Shown: positions 11,255 to 21,051, numbered from the stretch's first letter. The stretch is 34,740 nt of DNA from Gemmiger formicilis (GCA_963586965.1 CAVABU010000005.1:1-34740); one strand, 5' to 3'. Program-made: numbers and translations. Notes: generated by a model from the sequence alone, not told the origin.

Positions 11255-12457
11255 ATGGCAAAGAAGAAAGTAGTAGTGGCCTTTTCTGGAGGGCTCGACA
11301 CAAGTTATAACGTGATGTATCTCACCAAGGAGATGGGATACGATGTGTATGCAGCATGCGCCAACACAGGTGGCTTCAGCGAGGAGCAACTCAAGAAGAA
11401 TGAGGAGAATGCATACAAACTCGGAGCCGTGAAGTATGTCACCCTTGACGTGACTCACGAGTATTACGAGAAGTCGCTGAAATATATGGTATTCGGCAAT
11501 GTATTGCGCAATAACTGCTACCCTATATCAGTGTCGTCAGAGCGCATATTCCAGGCTCTTGCCATCGCTGAATATGCCAAGGAGATAGGTGCTGACGCCA
11601 TCGCACACGGATCGACAGGTGCAGGCAATGACCAGATACGTTTTGACATGACATTCCTGGTGAAGGCTCCAGGCGTGGAGATCATCACACTCACACGCGA
11701 CAAGAACCTCTCGCGCCAGGAAGAGGTGGACTATCTCAATGCCAACGGATACTACGCTGACTTTACCAAACTGAAGTATAGTTACAACGTAGGTATCTGG
11801 GGAACAAGTATTTGCGGTGGCGAGATACTCGACTCTACACAGGGTCTGCCAGAGAGCGCATATCTGAAGCACGTCACCAAGGAAGGTCCTGAGACACTGA
11901 AACTTGGTTTCGAGAAAGGCGAACTATGCTCAGTTAACGGGGAAAAGTTTGATGACAAGATAAAAGCCATACAGAAGGTAGAAGAGATCGGTGCAGCCTA
12001 CGGCATCGGACGTGACTGTCACGTGGGTGACACCATCATCGGCATCAAGGGTCGTGTGGGATTTGAGGCTGCAGCACCTATGCTTATCATTGGTGCACAC
12101 CGTTTCCTTGAGAAATTCGTATTGTCTAAGTGGCAGCAGTACTGGAAAGACCAGGTAAGCAATTGGTATGGCATGTTCTTGCACGAGAGCCAGTATCTCG
12201 AACCAGTAATGCCAGATATCGAGGCAATGCTCACCTCATCACAACGCAATGTGACGGGAGAAGTTACACTTGAGTTGCGTCCTCTTGGTTTCCAGACCGT
12301 TGGAGTAGATTCTCCTAACGACCTTGTAAAGAATAAGCTCGGCGAATACGGCGAGACTGCAAAGGCATGGACATCAGAAGATGCCAAGGGATTTATCAAG
12401 GTGACCTCTACCCCACTCCGTGCTTACTACTTGGCTCACCCTGACGAAGAGAGATAA
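11255..12457 (+). CDS. argG: Argininosuccinate synthase
   Basis: AFSGGLDTS, HGSTGAGNDQIRF, IGIKGRVGFEA. Confidence 0.97.
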   Translation: MAKKKVVVAFSGGLDTSYNVMYLTKEMGYDVYAACANTGGFSEEQLKKNEENAYKLGAVKYVTLDVTHEYYEKSLKYMVFGNVLRNNCYPISVSSERIFQALAIAEYAKEIGADAIAHGSTGAGNDQIRFDMTFLVKAPGVEIITLTRDKNLSRQEEVDYLNANGYYADFTKLKYSYNVGIWGTSICGGEILDSTQGLPESAYLKHVTKEGPETLKLGFEKGELCSVNGEKFDDKIKAIQKVEEIGAAYGIGRDCHVGDTIIGIKGRVGFEAAAPMLIIGAHRFLEKFVLSKWQQYWKDQVSNWYGMFLHESQYLEPVMPDIEAMLTSSQRNVTGEVTLELRPLGFQTVGVDSPNDLVKNKLGEYGETAKAWTSEDAKGFIKVTSTPLRAYYLAHPDEER

Positions 12458-12459
12458 TA

Positions 12460-12950
12460 ACCCCTTCCCTGTCCTGCGGACATCCCTCCCCTAGGGGGGG
12501 GAATAAATTACCTTCTTTCGTTTATGGGTTTTAGACACAACTATGCTGCTCCGGACAGGTATTTACTGTTAAAGGAGTTTGCCAAAAAGAATAGGCAATA
12601 TCCCACTGAGGCAGAAATGATAATGTGGGAATATTTGCGTAGCAAACAATTATGGTTTAAGTTCAATAGGCAATATATCATAGGAGACTATATCGTAGAC
12701 TTTGTCTGCCTTGATAAAAAACTTATAATTGAAGTTGATGGAGGTTACCATTCGGAATATGAGCAAATGGAGAAAGATATTCATAGGACAGAACACTTAA
12801 AACACTTAGGATTCTCTGTGCTTAGATTTTCTAACGAAGAAGTGTTGACGGGTATAGAAAATGTTTTAGATGTAATTAGACAAGAATTATATAAATGAAA
12901 GAACAGTCACATTTCTCGTCCTCCCCTGGGGGAGGAATAAAGGTGGGGGT
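12460..12950. mobile_element. Putative DUF559 cassette bounded by C/G-rich palindromic repeats
   Basis: CCTCCCCTAGGGGGGGGAATAAA (12485-12507) and CCTCCCCTGGGGGAGGAATAAA (12920-12941) flank a low-GC nuclease gene inside the arg operon. Confidence 0.6.
12524..12898 (+). CDS. DUF559 (Vsr-like, PD-(D/E)XK fold) endonuclease domain protein
   Basis: PTEAE..MWEYLR, KFNRQYIIGDYIVDFVC, LIIEVDGGYH, LGFSVLRFSNEEV. Confidence 0.9.
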   Translation: MGFRHNYAAPDRYLLLKEFAKKNRQYPTEAEMIMWEYLRSKQLWFKFNRQYIIGDYIVDFVCLDKKLIIEVDGGYHSEYEQMEKDIHRTEHLKHLGFSVLRFSNEEVLTGIENVLDVIRQELYK

Positions 12951-13899
12951 CTTAGGCGCTGCAGGCTATACAGGTGGCGAACTGATACGCATATTGCTCA
13001 ATCACCCAGAGGCAGAGATTGTCTTTGCCAACTCGGAGAGCAATGCGGGCAACAAGATATATAGCGTACATGAGGGTCTGATAGGCGACACGGAGATGGA
13101 GTTCACATCAGAGATGCCGTTTGACAAGGTGGACGTAGTATTCTTCTGCTTCGGTCACGGCAAGAGCGAGGCTTTCCTCAAGGAGCACACCATTCCTCAG
13201 GGAGTGAAGATCATAGACCTCGCACAAGACTTCCGCATAGCAGGCGACCACGACTATGTGTATGGTCTTCCAGAGACACATAAGGAGTTGATAAGCAAGG
13301 CTAATCACCTGGCAAACCCAGGTTGCTTTGCCACTTGCATACAGTTGGCACTATTGCCAGCGCTCAAGGCAGGCATCATCTCAGGCGACATCCATGTCAA
13401 TGGTATCACTGGTAGCACAGGAGCTGGACAGAAGCCTGGTGCCACGACACATTTCTCATGGCGCAACGACAACATATCTGTATACAAGACGTTTACACAC
13501 CAACATCTATTGGAAATAAATCAGACTGTGCAAGAATTACATCCTGGCTATGACGGACGCGTGCTATTCATACCGCAACGCGGATGTTTTGCCCGTGGCA
13601 TCTTTGTCACCGCTTATGCCAAGTGCGACAAGTCCATCGAAGAGGTGCAACAGATATATGCTGACTACTACAAAGATGCAACCTTCACGCATTTCACCAC
13701 CAAGTCGCCAGACATGAAACAGGTGGTCAACACCAACAAGGCTGTGGTTTATGTGGAGCGCTATGAAGACCAACTACTTATGATTAGTTGCATCGACAAC
13801 CTACTGAAAGGTGCTGTCGGCCAGGCAGTACAAAACATGAACCTCATGTTCGGCCTTGACGAAAAGACCGGACTACAATTAAAAGCAAGCGCATTCTAA
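12895..13899 (+). CDS. argC: N-acyl-gamma-glutamyl-phosphate reductase
   Basis: GAAGYTGGEL, ANPGCFAT, GSTGAG, DNLLKGAVGQAVQNMN; unusual N-terminal extension. Confidence 0.96.
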   Translation: MKEQSHFSSSPGGGIKVGVLGAAGYTGGELIRILLNHPEAEIVFANSESNAGNKIYSVHEGLIGDTEMEFTSEMPFDKVDVVFFCFGHGKSEAFLKEHTIPQGVKIIDLAQDFRIAGDHDYVYGLPETHKELISKANHLANPGCFATCIQLALLPALKAGIISGDIHVNGITGSTGAGQKPGATTHFSWRNDNISVYKTFTHQHLLEINQTVQELHPGYDGRVLFIPQRGCFARGIFVTAYAKCDKSIEEVQQIYADYYKDATFTHFTTKSPDMKQVVNTNKAVVYVERYEDQLLMISCIDNLLKGAVGQAVQNMNLMFGLDEKTGLQLKASAF

Positions 13900-15029
13900 T
13901 GAATCTATTTGACGTATATCCACTTTTCGACATCGCCATCACCAAGGGCAAAGGTTGCACCGTATGGGACTCTGAAGGCCAGGAATACCTCGACCTCTAT
14001 GGCGGTCACGCCGTAGTCAGTATCGGCCACTGTCATCCACACTATGTGGAGATGATGACACGCCAACTCAACACTCTAAGTTTCTATAGCAACTCCGTGC
14101 AGAACCCTCTGCAACAGGAACTTGCAAAGCGATTGGGCAAAGTATGTGGCTATGACGACTATCAACTGTTTCTCATCAACTCCGGTGCTGAAGCCAACGA
14201 GAACGCACTGAAACTTGCATCGTTCTACAACGGACGCACTCGCATCTTGTCAGCAGAGAAGGCTTTCCATGGACGCACATCGCTCGCCGTAGAAGCAACC
14301 AATAACCCGAAGATTATAGCTCCTATCAATGACAATGGTCACGTGACTTATCTGCCACTCAATGACCTCGAAGCATGGAAGAAGGAGATAGAGAAAGGCG
14401 ATGTGTGCGCCGTTATCATCGAGTGCATACAGGGTGTCGGTGGCATACGCATGGCAGACAAGGCTTTCGTGCAGGGCCTTAGACAGTTGTGTGACGAATA
14501 CGACACCGTGCTGATATTCGACGAGATACAGTGCGGATACGGCAGAAGTGGCAAGTTTTTTGCCCACCAGCATCTCGATGTCAAGGGTGACATCATCACC
14601 GTGGCAAAGGGCATCTGCAATGGTTTCCCGATGGGTGGCGTCATCATATCACCTAAGTTTAAACCCGTTTACGGCCAACTCGGCACCACATTTGGTGGTA
14701 ATCATCTGGCATGCGCTGGAGCCATCGCTGTGCTTGACGTCATAGAGAGTGAACATCTCGTAGAGAATGCCCACAATGTAGGCGAGTATCTTATCAATAG
14801 TCTGAAGAATGCACATCTGCCACATGTCGTGGACGTACGCGGAGAGGGACTGATGATTGGTATCGAACTGGATGTTCCCTATAAGGAAATAAGAAACCGA
14901 CTGGTAAAGGAACAGCACTGTTTTACAGGATGTTCAGGTACTAACGTACTAAGACTTCTCCCACCACTGTGCATCACACAGGTGCAGGCGGACGACTTCA
15001 TCGAAAGACTGAAGAGCGCATTGGCATAG
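13899..15029 (+). CDS. argD: Acetyl/succinyl-ornithine aminotransferase
   Basis: NSGAEANE, FHGRT, DEIQCGYGRSG, AKG (PLP lysine), TTFGGN. Confidence 0.95.
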   Translation: MNLFDVYPLFDIAITKGKGCTVWDSEGQEYLDLYGGHAVVSIGHCHPHYVEMMTRQLNTLSFYSNSVQNPLQQELAKRLGKVCGYDDYQLFLINSGAEANENALKLASFYNGRTRILSAEKAFHGRTSLAVEATNNPKIIAPINDNGHVTYLPLNDLEAWKKEIEKGDVCAVIIECIQGVGGIRMADKAFVQGLRQLCDEYDTVLIFDEIQCGYGRSGKFFAHQHLDVKGDIITVAKGICNGFPMGGVIISPKFKPVYGQLGTTFGGNHLACAGAIAVLDVIESEHLVENAHNVGEYLINSLKNAHLPHVVDVRGEGLMIGIELDVPYKEIRNRLVKEQHCFTGCSGTNVLRLLPPLCITQVQADDFIERLKSALA

Positions 15030-15073
15030 TACGATTTACCATGACCACATCTTAAACACTAATAGTAAAAAGG

Positions 15074-16042
15074 ATGAAGACATTTCTCAATGTAGAAGAC
15101 CTTGGCAACCTCAACGAAGCATTAAAGGAAGCCATAGAGATAAAGGCGGATAGATACAAATATGACACCTTGGGCAAGCACAAGACACTGCTCATGGTGT
15201 TCTTTAATAACTCTTTGCGCACACGCCTCTCCACACAGAAGGCAGCAATGAACCTTGGTATGAACGTCATCGTGCTTGACGTCAATGCAGGTGCGTGGAA
15301 ACTGGAGACGGAGCGCGGTGTTATCATGAATGGTGACAAGAGCGAGCACCTGCTGGAGGCTATTCCAGTGATGGGATCATTCTGCGACCTCATCGGCATA
15401 CGCTCATTCGCAGGACTTACTGACCGCGAATACGACTATGCCGAGACTGTATACAATCAATTTGTGAAATACTCAGGCAAACCAGTATTCGCCATGGAGA
15501 CAGCCACTGTGCACCCACTTCAAGCATTTGCCGACCTCATCACGATAGAGGAGTATAAGACAAAGAAGCGTCCTAAGGTGGTGCTGACATGGGCTCCTCA
15601 TTGCCGTGCGTTGCCACAGGCTGTGCCAAACTCATTCGCACAGTGGATGAATGCAGCTGACGTGGACTTCGTCATCACACAACCCAAGGGTTATGAGCTG
15701 GATCCAAAGTTTGTGAAAGACTCCGTAGTGGAGTATGACCAGAAGAAAGCTTTCGAAGGAGCAGATTTCATCTATGCCAAGAACTGGAGTTGTCCAGGTG
15801 TGAGCAATCCTGCTGACTATGGCAAGATACTGCCTGTGGAAAATGCAGAGTCATGGACAGTAGACACAGAGCATATGAGTTGGACCGACAATGGCAAGTT
15901 TATGCACTGTCTGCCTGTAAGACGTGGCCTCATTGTCACAGACGATGTGATAGAAAGCGAAAACTCTATAGTGATACCAGAGGCTGCCAACCGTGAGATA
16001 TCAGCTCAGGTGGTCATCAAGCGCATGCTGGAATCCCTATAA
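15074..16042 (+). CDS. argF: N-acylornithine carbamoyltransferase (ArgF', probably N-succinylornithine type)
   Basis: FFNNSLRT, HPLQ, HCLPVRRG, VVLTWAPH; resembles Bacteroides ArgF' rather than canonical OTCase. Confidence 0.9.
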   Translation: MKTFLNVEDLGNLNEALKEAIEIKADRYKYDTLGKHKTLLMVFFNNSLRTRLSTQKAAMNLGMNVIVLDVNAGAWKLETERGVIMNGDKSEHLLEAIPVMGSFCDLIGIRSFAGLTDREYDYAETVYNQFVKYSGKPVFAMETATVHPLQAFADLITIEEYKTKKRPKVVLTWAPHCRALPQAVPNSFAQWMNAADVDFVITQPKGYELDPKFVKDSVVEYDQKKAFEGADFIYAKNWSCPGVSNPADYGKILPVENAESWTVDTEHMSWTDNGKFMHCLPVRRGLIVTDDVIESENSIVIPEAANREISAQVVIKRMLESL

Positions 16043-16067
16043 TAGTATAAAACAAAAAAGATACATA

Positions 16068-16754
16068 CTACGGCACAATAATAGTCTTATGACATATGCC
16101 GTCGTATGTATTTATTTTTATGTTTAGAGTGTCATTCTTTGCAAACCCTTCAAGAGGCACGCTGGCATAGACCTCAGTCTTATAATATTCCGGCACACCA
16201 TTCTGACCATGCATCAGTGTCAGGTTATAAGACTTATGCGTGGCATCAGTAGCCTGCTGGTTGCGTGAGACAGCCATACCAAGTGATTGCGTGGTCGTTT
16301 CCTCACTATTAGACACTCCTTCCATCAGATAAAAACCGATGTTTAGATATTTCCCATTGGCACTTGTCCATACAGACCTAAACACGACAGGATCACTCAG
16401 TACGGTGACAATGCTACTCTCCGGACGAGGACGCAACACATAGACAGTCTTTATGCCACGCAGAGGGGTCTTCTTGGACGCAGACTCGTTGTAATAAGCC
16501 AATACCCTATATGTGGTGTCAGGTCGCGCCCCTTTTATCTCCACGGGACTACTTATACTATATTCCGCATCCTCATCCGTAACGAATGACACTGCCTTGC
16601 CTTCGCTATTTGTTTTAAGCATAGAGAAAGCCGACGTCATATAGGAATAGTTGCCGTCACCCGTCTCGTAGTTGTCGACCGTACAACCGACAATGACCAT
16701 CACGAGAAATACTGATGAGAGGAGAAGAAATGTGAGAAACCTGAACTTTGACAT
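16068..16754 (-). CDS. NigD-like lipoprotein
   Basis: Lipoprotein signal ending VIVG-C; DPV..SVW...NGKYLN and L.H motifs typical of NigD-like proteins. Confidence 0.65.
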   Translation of the reverse strand: MSKFRFLTFLLLSSVFLVMVIVGCTVDNYETGDGNYSYMTSAFSMLKTNSEGKAVSFVTDEDAEYSISSPVEIKGARPDTTYRVLAYYNESASKKTPLRGIKTVYVLRPRPESSIVTVLSDPVVFRSVWTSANGKYLNIGFYLMEGVSNSEETTTQSLGMAVSRNQQATDATHKSYNLTLMHGQNGVPEYYKTEVYASVPLEGFAKNDTLNIKINTYDGICHKTIIVP

Positions 16755-16767
16755 ATGGTACAGTTTT

Positions 16768-17934
16768 TTACTTACAAGTGGCTTTCAGATAATTACGCAG
16801 AGGATTGGCATACATATTGAGCATCTTGTCCTTGAGGAAGGCCTCATCCTTGTTAGGCAACTTTATCTTTGCCAACTGCTTGTCTATGTATGCATCAAAT
16901 CTCGATTTATCCTTCGCTGTATAATGGCTGGCATTGGCACTATCGCCATTCAATTCGTCAAGAGCGATGTAGTTATTGGGATAGATTTCGTATCCAGCAT
17001 GGATTTCCTTATCCATCCTACGCGCCACCTCCTGGTAAAACTCGTTGCCCTTGAGGTCAGCAAGTTCGTCTATCCATGCGTTGATACACGGCGCACAACG
17101 ATAGTATATGCGTCCCTTGTAGCCACGTATGCCCACCTTCATATTGTCAAGGTCATCCTGACGTGACTTCTTGTGGGATGGGTTGTCACGCTTCATCTGA
17201 AACTCCTTCGCCTTGAGATAGTCACATGGGTCAAACTCATAACTGATGGTCAGTGGCACGATATTTAGATCCTTGAGCTTCTCCACAGGCGTGCCTTCAC
17301 CGCCTAACGCAAGCATCTTGAGCACCGACTCCTGCGTGCGATCATTAGAGTCCTTCGCCCTACCTTCACGCTGTGCCACCCAGACGTTTTCCAGCTTCTC
17401 GTTCACGGCAAAGTGGATATACTCGCTCATGTGTTGCGAACTGCGAAGTATCTCACGCGAAGCCAACGAACGGCGCACAGTAAAAGCCCTATTGAGTCTC
17501 ACCATGGTGCGTATCCACGGATATATGAGCAAGTTGTCACCGATTGCAATCTCGCATGTCGTGGCAGCGCCATCCTTTATCAGTTTGTAGTCAAGTATGG
17601 CTGAGTCAAGCACGATGTCGCGGTGATTGCTCACGAAGGTGTATCGACGGTCATAAGTATTGCTCTTAGCATTCTCAAACTGGCAACCGTCGGAACATTT
17701 CCTCAACAAATAGGCTATTGCTGGACTCATAAACCTCTTCTGGAAGCCTAGAGTCGTCTTCAGTCCCACAAGGCTCATCTTGATGATGACACGCACCAAA
17801 GATTGCGGAAGCCATGGCACAAAACCCTTCAGGATAATCCGGAACTGGCGATCATTAAGCAGACTGTCTACTGCCTGATGCATTTCCTCGTCAGAGAAAG
17901 GTCTGATATCGTCAAAATCGGAAAGTGTTGCCAT
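16768..17934 (-). CDS. Glycerolipid acyltransferase (PlsC/PlsB-like)
   Basis: NHRDIVLD (HX4D), AIGDNL, AQREGRAKD. Confidence 0.88.
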   Translation of the reverse strand: MATLSDFDDIRPFSDEEMHQAVDSLLNDRQFRIILKGFVPWLPQSLVRVIIKMSLVGLKTTLGFQKRFMSPAIAYLLRKCSDGCQFENAKSNTYDRRYTFVSNHRDIVLDSAILDYKLIKDGAATTCEIAIGDNLLIYPWIRTMVRLNRAFTVRRSLASREILRSSQHMSEYIHFAVNEKLENVWVAQREGRAKDSNDRTQESVLKMLALGGEGTPVEKLKDLNIVPLTISYEFDPCDYLKAKEFQMKRDNPSHKKSRQDDLDNMKVGIRGYKGRIYYRCAPCINAWIDELADLKGNEFYQEVARRMDKEIHAGYEIYPNNYIALDELNGDSANASHYTAKDKSRFDAYIDKQLAKIKLPNKDEAFLKDKMLNMYANPLRNYLKATCK

Positions 17935-17978
17935 ACTCGTCGTTTGTATATTATATGTTCGGCAATAGCCAGTATTGT

Positions 17979-18977
17979 TTACTTCTTTATTTGATTCTCC
18001 ACTATCTCAGACAATACCTCCTTGATGTCCATGCCTGCGGCACGCACCTGCTGAGGGATGAATGATGTGGCAGTCATGCCCGGAGTAGTGTTTATCTCAA
18101 GCATATTCACCTTGTCACTACCGTCAGCATTCTTGGAGATGATGTAGTCCACACGGATGATGCCATTGGCATGGAGTATGTCATAGATACGACTGGTCTG
18201 AGCAGCTACCTTTTGAGCAGTCTCGGGAGAGAGTCGTGCAGGAGTGATTTCCTCCACCTGCCCATTATATTTAGCATCATAGTCGAAGAATTCGTTGCTC
18301 GTCACCACCTCAGTGGCAGGTAGCACGATAGACTTTTCCTTTGTCTTGTATACACCCTGCGAGATCTCTGTACCATCAAGGAAAGCTTCCACCATCACCT
18401 CGTCACTCTCGTCGAATGCAAGTTGGAGAGCTTTTTCTATGTCGTCAGCACACTTCACTTTGCTAACACCGAAACTAGAACCATCTGCAGCGGGTTTGAT
18501 AAAGAATGGCAATCCGAAACGCTCCACAAGAGCCTCATCCGAAGGACGCTCTTCGCCCTTTCTCACGAGCAGAGAGTCAGCCACATTGACGCCGAATGCA
18601 CGCAGATAGTTATTGAGGGCAAACTTATCAAATGTCAGCGCCTCTACCAACACGCCACTGGTGGAATATGGGATATGGAGCAACTCGAAATAACCCTGCA
18701 GCACACCATTCTCGCCAGGTGCGCCATGCACTGTGATATATATGTAGTCAAAACCATCTTTCTTGCCTTCAGCATTGACATAGGAAAAGTCATTGAGGTC
18801 AACTGACGCACGCTTTTCTTCATCAAGATGCACCTGCCAGTCGAGGCCACGTGTTTCGACAATCTTTACGTCGTAACGTTCCTTATCAAAGAACGAATAT
18901 AGTCCTGCGCCAGAGCGCATAGAAACATCATGCTCTGAGGAGTCACCTCCGCAGACGATAGCTATTCTCTTTTTCAT
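17979..18977 (-). CDS. ddl: D-alanine--D-alanine ligase
   Basis: GGDSSEHDVS, HGAPGENG, GSSFGV, LEINTTPGMT; start moved to ATG 18977 (MKKRIAIV), which overlaps the rluD stop. Confidence 0.96.
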   Translation of the reverse strand: MKKRIAIVCGGDSSEHDVSMRSGAGLYSFFDKERYDVKIVETRGLDWQVHLDEEKRASVDLNDFSYVNAEGKKDGFDYIYITVHGAPGENGVLQGYFELLHIPYSTSGVLVEALTFDKFALNNYLRAFGVNVADSLLVRKGEERPSDEALVERFGLPFFIKPAADGSSFGVSKVKCADDIEKALQLAFDESDEVMVEAFLDGTEISQGVYKTKEKSIVLPATEVVTSNEFFDYDAKYNGQVEEITPARLSPETAQKVAAQTSRIYDILHANGIIRVDYIISKNADGSDKVNMLEINTTPGMTATSFIPQQVRAAGMDIKEVLSEIVENQIKK

Positions 18978-20047
18978 ATCATAAATGTATCTTTTGTGGT
19001 ACCTTTCACATATGCGCGCCATTTCTCAAGCAATGCTTGCAAGTCTGACGGCAACTCTGATGTGAAGTCCATCTGTTTTCCTGTCTTTGGGTGCACGAAT
19101 CCGAGTGTGCGTGCATGCAATGCCTGTCGTGGGCAGACATTGAAGCAGTTTTGTATGAACGCCTTGTATGTGCTACTGCGCTCACCACGGAGTATTTCCA
19201 TTCCTCCATATCGCTCATCAGCAAACAGTGGATGCCCGATATGCCGCATATGTGCACGTATCTGATGAGTGCGACCTGTCTCGAGGATACACTCCACGAG
19301 AGTCACATATCCAAATCGCTCTATCACACGATAGTGGGTCACCGCCTCCTTGCCTATGCCAGAGTCTGGAGAGGTCACCGTCATCCTTAGACGATCTTTG
19401 GGGTCGCGAGTGATATTACCCTCTATGCGTCCCTCATCCTCTACGAAGTGTCCCCACACGAGAGCCTCATACGAGCGGTGTGTAGTCTTATTAAAGAACT
19501 GTGCACCAAGCGACGTCTTTGCCATAGGAGTCTTTGCTACGACAAGTAAGCCAGAAGTATCCTTGTCTATTCTATGCACTAGTCCCACCTCTGGGTCATT
19601 AGGATCATATGAAGGCACGTCACGCAAGTAATATGCGAGCGCATTCACCAGCGTACCAGTGAAGTTGCCCACACCAGGGTGCACCACAAGACCTGCAGGT
19701 TTGTTGATCACCATCACATCATCATCCTCATAGACCACATCAAGGGGGATATTCTCAGGTAGTATTGAAGTGTCATGACGCGGGCGGTCAAGCATCAGAG
19801 TGACCACATCGCCAGCCCTCACCTTGTAGTTACTCTTTACAGGGCGGTCATTGACATGCACATATCCTGCATCGGTAGCCTTCTGTATGCGATTGCGTGA
19901 CGAATGCTGGAGTTTCTCCACCATAAACTTATCCACTCTGACAGGTTCCTGGTGAGGATCTGCCACAAGTCGGAAATGCTCATAGAGTTGTCCCTGCTCG
20001 TCGTCAGCAACTTCTTCTAAAAGGTCTGTTGTTTCGCTTTCTATCAT
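18974..20047 (-). CDS. rluD: RluA/RluD family 23S rRNA pseudouridine synthase
   Basis: S4 domain, NKPAGLVVHP, VHRIDKDTSG, TGRTHQIR. Confidence 0.92.
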   Translation of the reverse strand: MIESETTDLLEEVADDEQGQLYEHFRLVADPHQEPVRVDKFMVEKLQHSSRNRIQKATDAGYVHVNDRPVKSNYKVRAGDVVTLMLDRPRHDTSILPENIPLDVVYEDDDVMVINKPAGLVVHPGVGNFTGTLVNALAYYLRDVPSYDPNDPEVGLVHRIDKDTSGLLVVAKTPMAKTSLGAQFFNKTTHRSYEALVWGHFVEDEGRIEGNITRDPKDRLRMTVTSPDSGIGKEAVTHYRVIERFGYVTLVECILETGRTHQIRAHMRHIGHPLFADERYGGMEILRGERSSTYKAFIQNCFNVCPRQALHARTLGFVHPKTGKQMDFTSELPSDLQALLEKWRAYVKGTTKDTFMI

Positions 20048-20700
20048 GGTATTTCCACAAAGTCATCTATATCTCCGTCATCGGCAGAGAAATCATCAGT
20101 CTCGCCCATATGGGAATTCACAAAGTCGGCACTGTCTTCCTCGGACGCCATACCACTGCCTGCCTGCAAGATGATTTCCACATCTATAGGCACACGGTCA
20201 CCTGCCATGACTGGACGGCCATTGACCGTGGCACCATATATCCAGTCCTTCTCTCCGTCCACGTATTGCGGTGTACCCACCTTAAAGCCCATGGCCTTTA
20301 GTTTGGCTATGGCTTCACGTAGCGAACTGTTTTGTATAATATCAGGAAGGGTCAGCGTCGGCGTGTGCGAAGCGTTTACAATAATAGAAACCACATGACC
20401 TGGTTTCACCTTCTCACCACTCGCAGGAGACTGCTCGAGCACATAGTCTGCAGGAAGCGACTTGACGTATCCAGTGTCTGTCACCATCACGACAAGCCCC
20501 TGCTCCTCAAGCATACGACGTGCTTCCACCATAGACTTGAAGCGTACTTCCGGGATGACGACAGCCTTGCCGTGCATAGTGTAAAAGTCAAGACCTATCC
20601 ACGCAGCGCCGACAAGCACCACAACAACAACTATCATGCCAAGAATGTTGCCCCAGAAATAGTTGTCTCGAAGTTTTCTAATGATTTCCGTCAAGCCCAT
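20044..20700 (-). CDS. PASTA domain membrane protein
   Basis: N-terminal TM helix, YTMHGK.V.IPEV, VLEQSP..GEKVK; start set at ATG 20700 (MGLTEII). Confidence 0.85.
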   Translation of the reverse strand: MGLTEIIRKLRDNYFWGNILGMIVVVVVLVGAAWIGLDFYTMHGKAVVIPEVRFKSMVEARRMLEEQGLVVMVTDTGYVKSLPADYVLEQSPASGEKVKPGHVVSIIVNASHTPTLTLPDIIQNSSLREAIAKLKAMGFKVGTPQYVDGEKDWIYGATVNGRPVMAGDRVPIDVEIILQAGSGMASEEDSADFVNSHMGETDDFSADDGDIDDFVEIP

Positions 20701-20740
20701 AGTAATAGTCAGAAGTATGCGTCCCCATTCCCTTAAACGC

Positions 20741-20781
20741 AAAAAGCAGCTTTCAGGCTATAATAGACTGATGCTGCTTTT
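20741..20781 (-). terminator. Intrinsic terminator after rpmH
   Basis: AAAAGCAGC...GCTGCTTTT inverted repeat, giving a T tract on the minus strand. Confidence 0.65.
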
Positions 20782-20814
20782 GTCGCTGTAAAGGACGCCG
20801 ATAACGGAAAAATG

Positions 20815-20970
20815 TTATTTACCGTGATTCTCGTCTGAAACAGTAAGTTTCTTGCGACCACGTGCACGGCGGTTAGCCAATACTCGGCGACCGTTCTTAG
20901 TGGCCATTCTCTCGCGGAAGCCATGCTTGTTCACGCGGCGACGGTTGTGCGGCTGGAATGTTCTTTTCAT
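20815..20970 (-). CDS. rpmH: 50S ribosomal protein L34 (absent from ORF track)
   Basis: Manual translation: [51 protein letters not shown] (51 aa). Confidence 0.98.
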   Translation of the reverse strand: MKRTFQPHNRRRVNKHGFRERMATKNGRRVLANRRARGRKKLTVSDENHGK

Positions 20971-21043
20971 CTTCTTATTATTTTATATATGTTATTACAC
21001 AAGAAATCGGGAAATGATTTAACAACCACTCCATTTTGGATTG

Positions 21044-21051
21044 CAAAGTTA
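21044..21051 (-). promoter_or_regulatory. -7 promoter element for rpmH
   Basis: TAACTTTG on minus strand. Confidence 0.7.
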
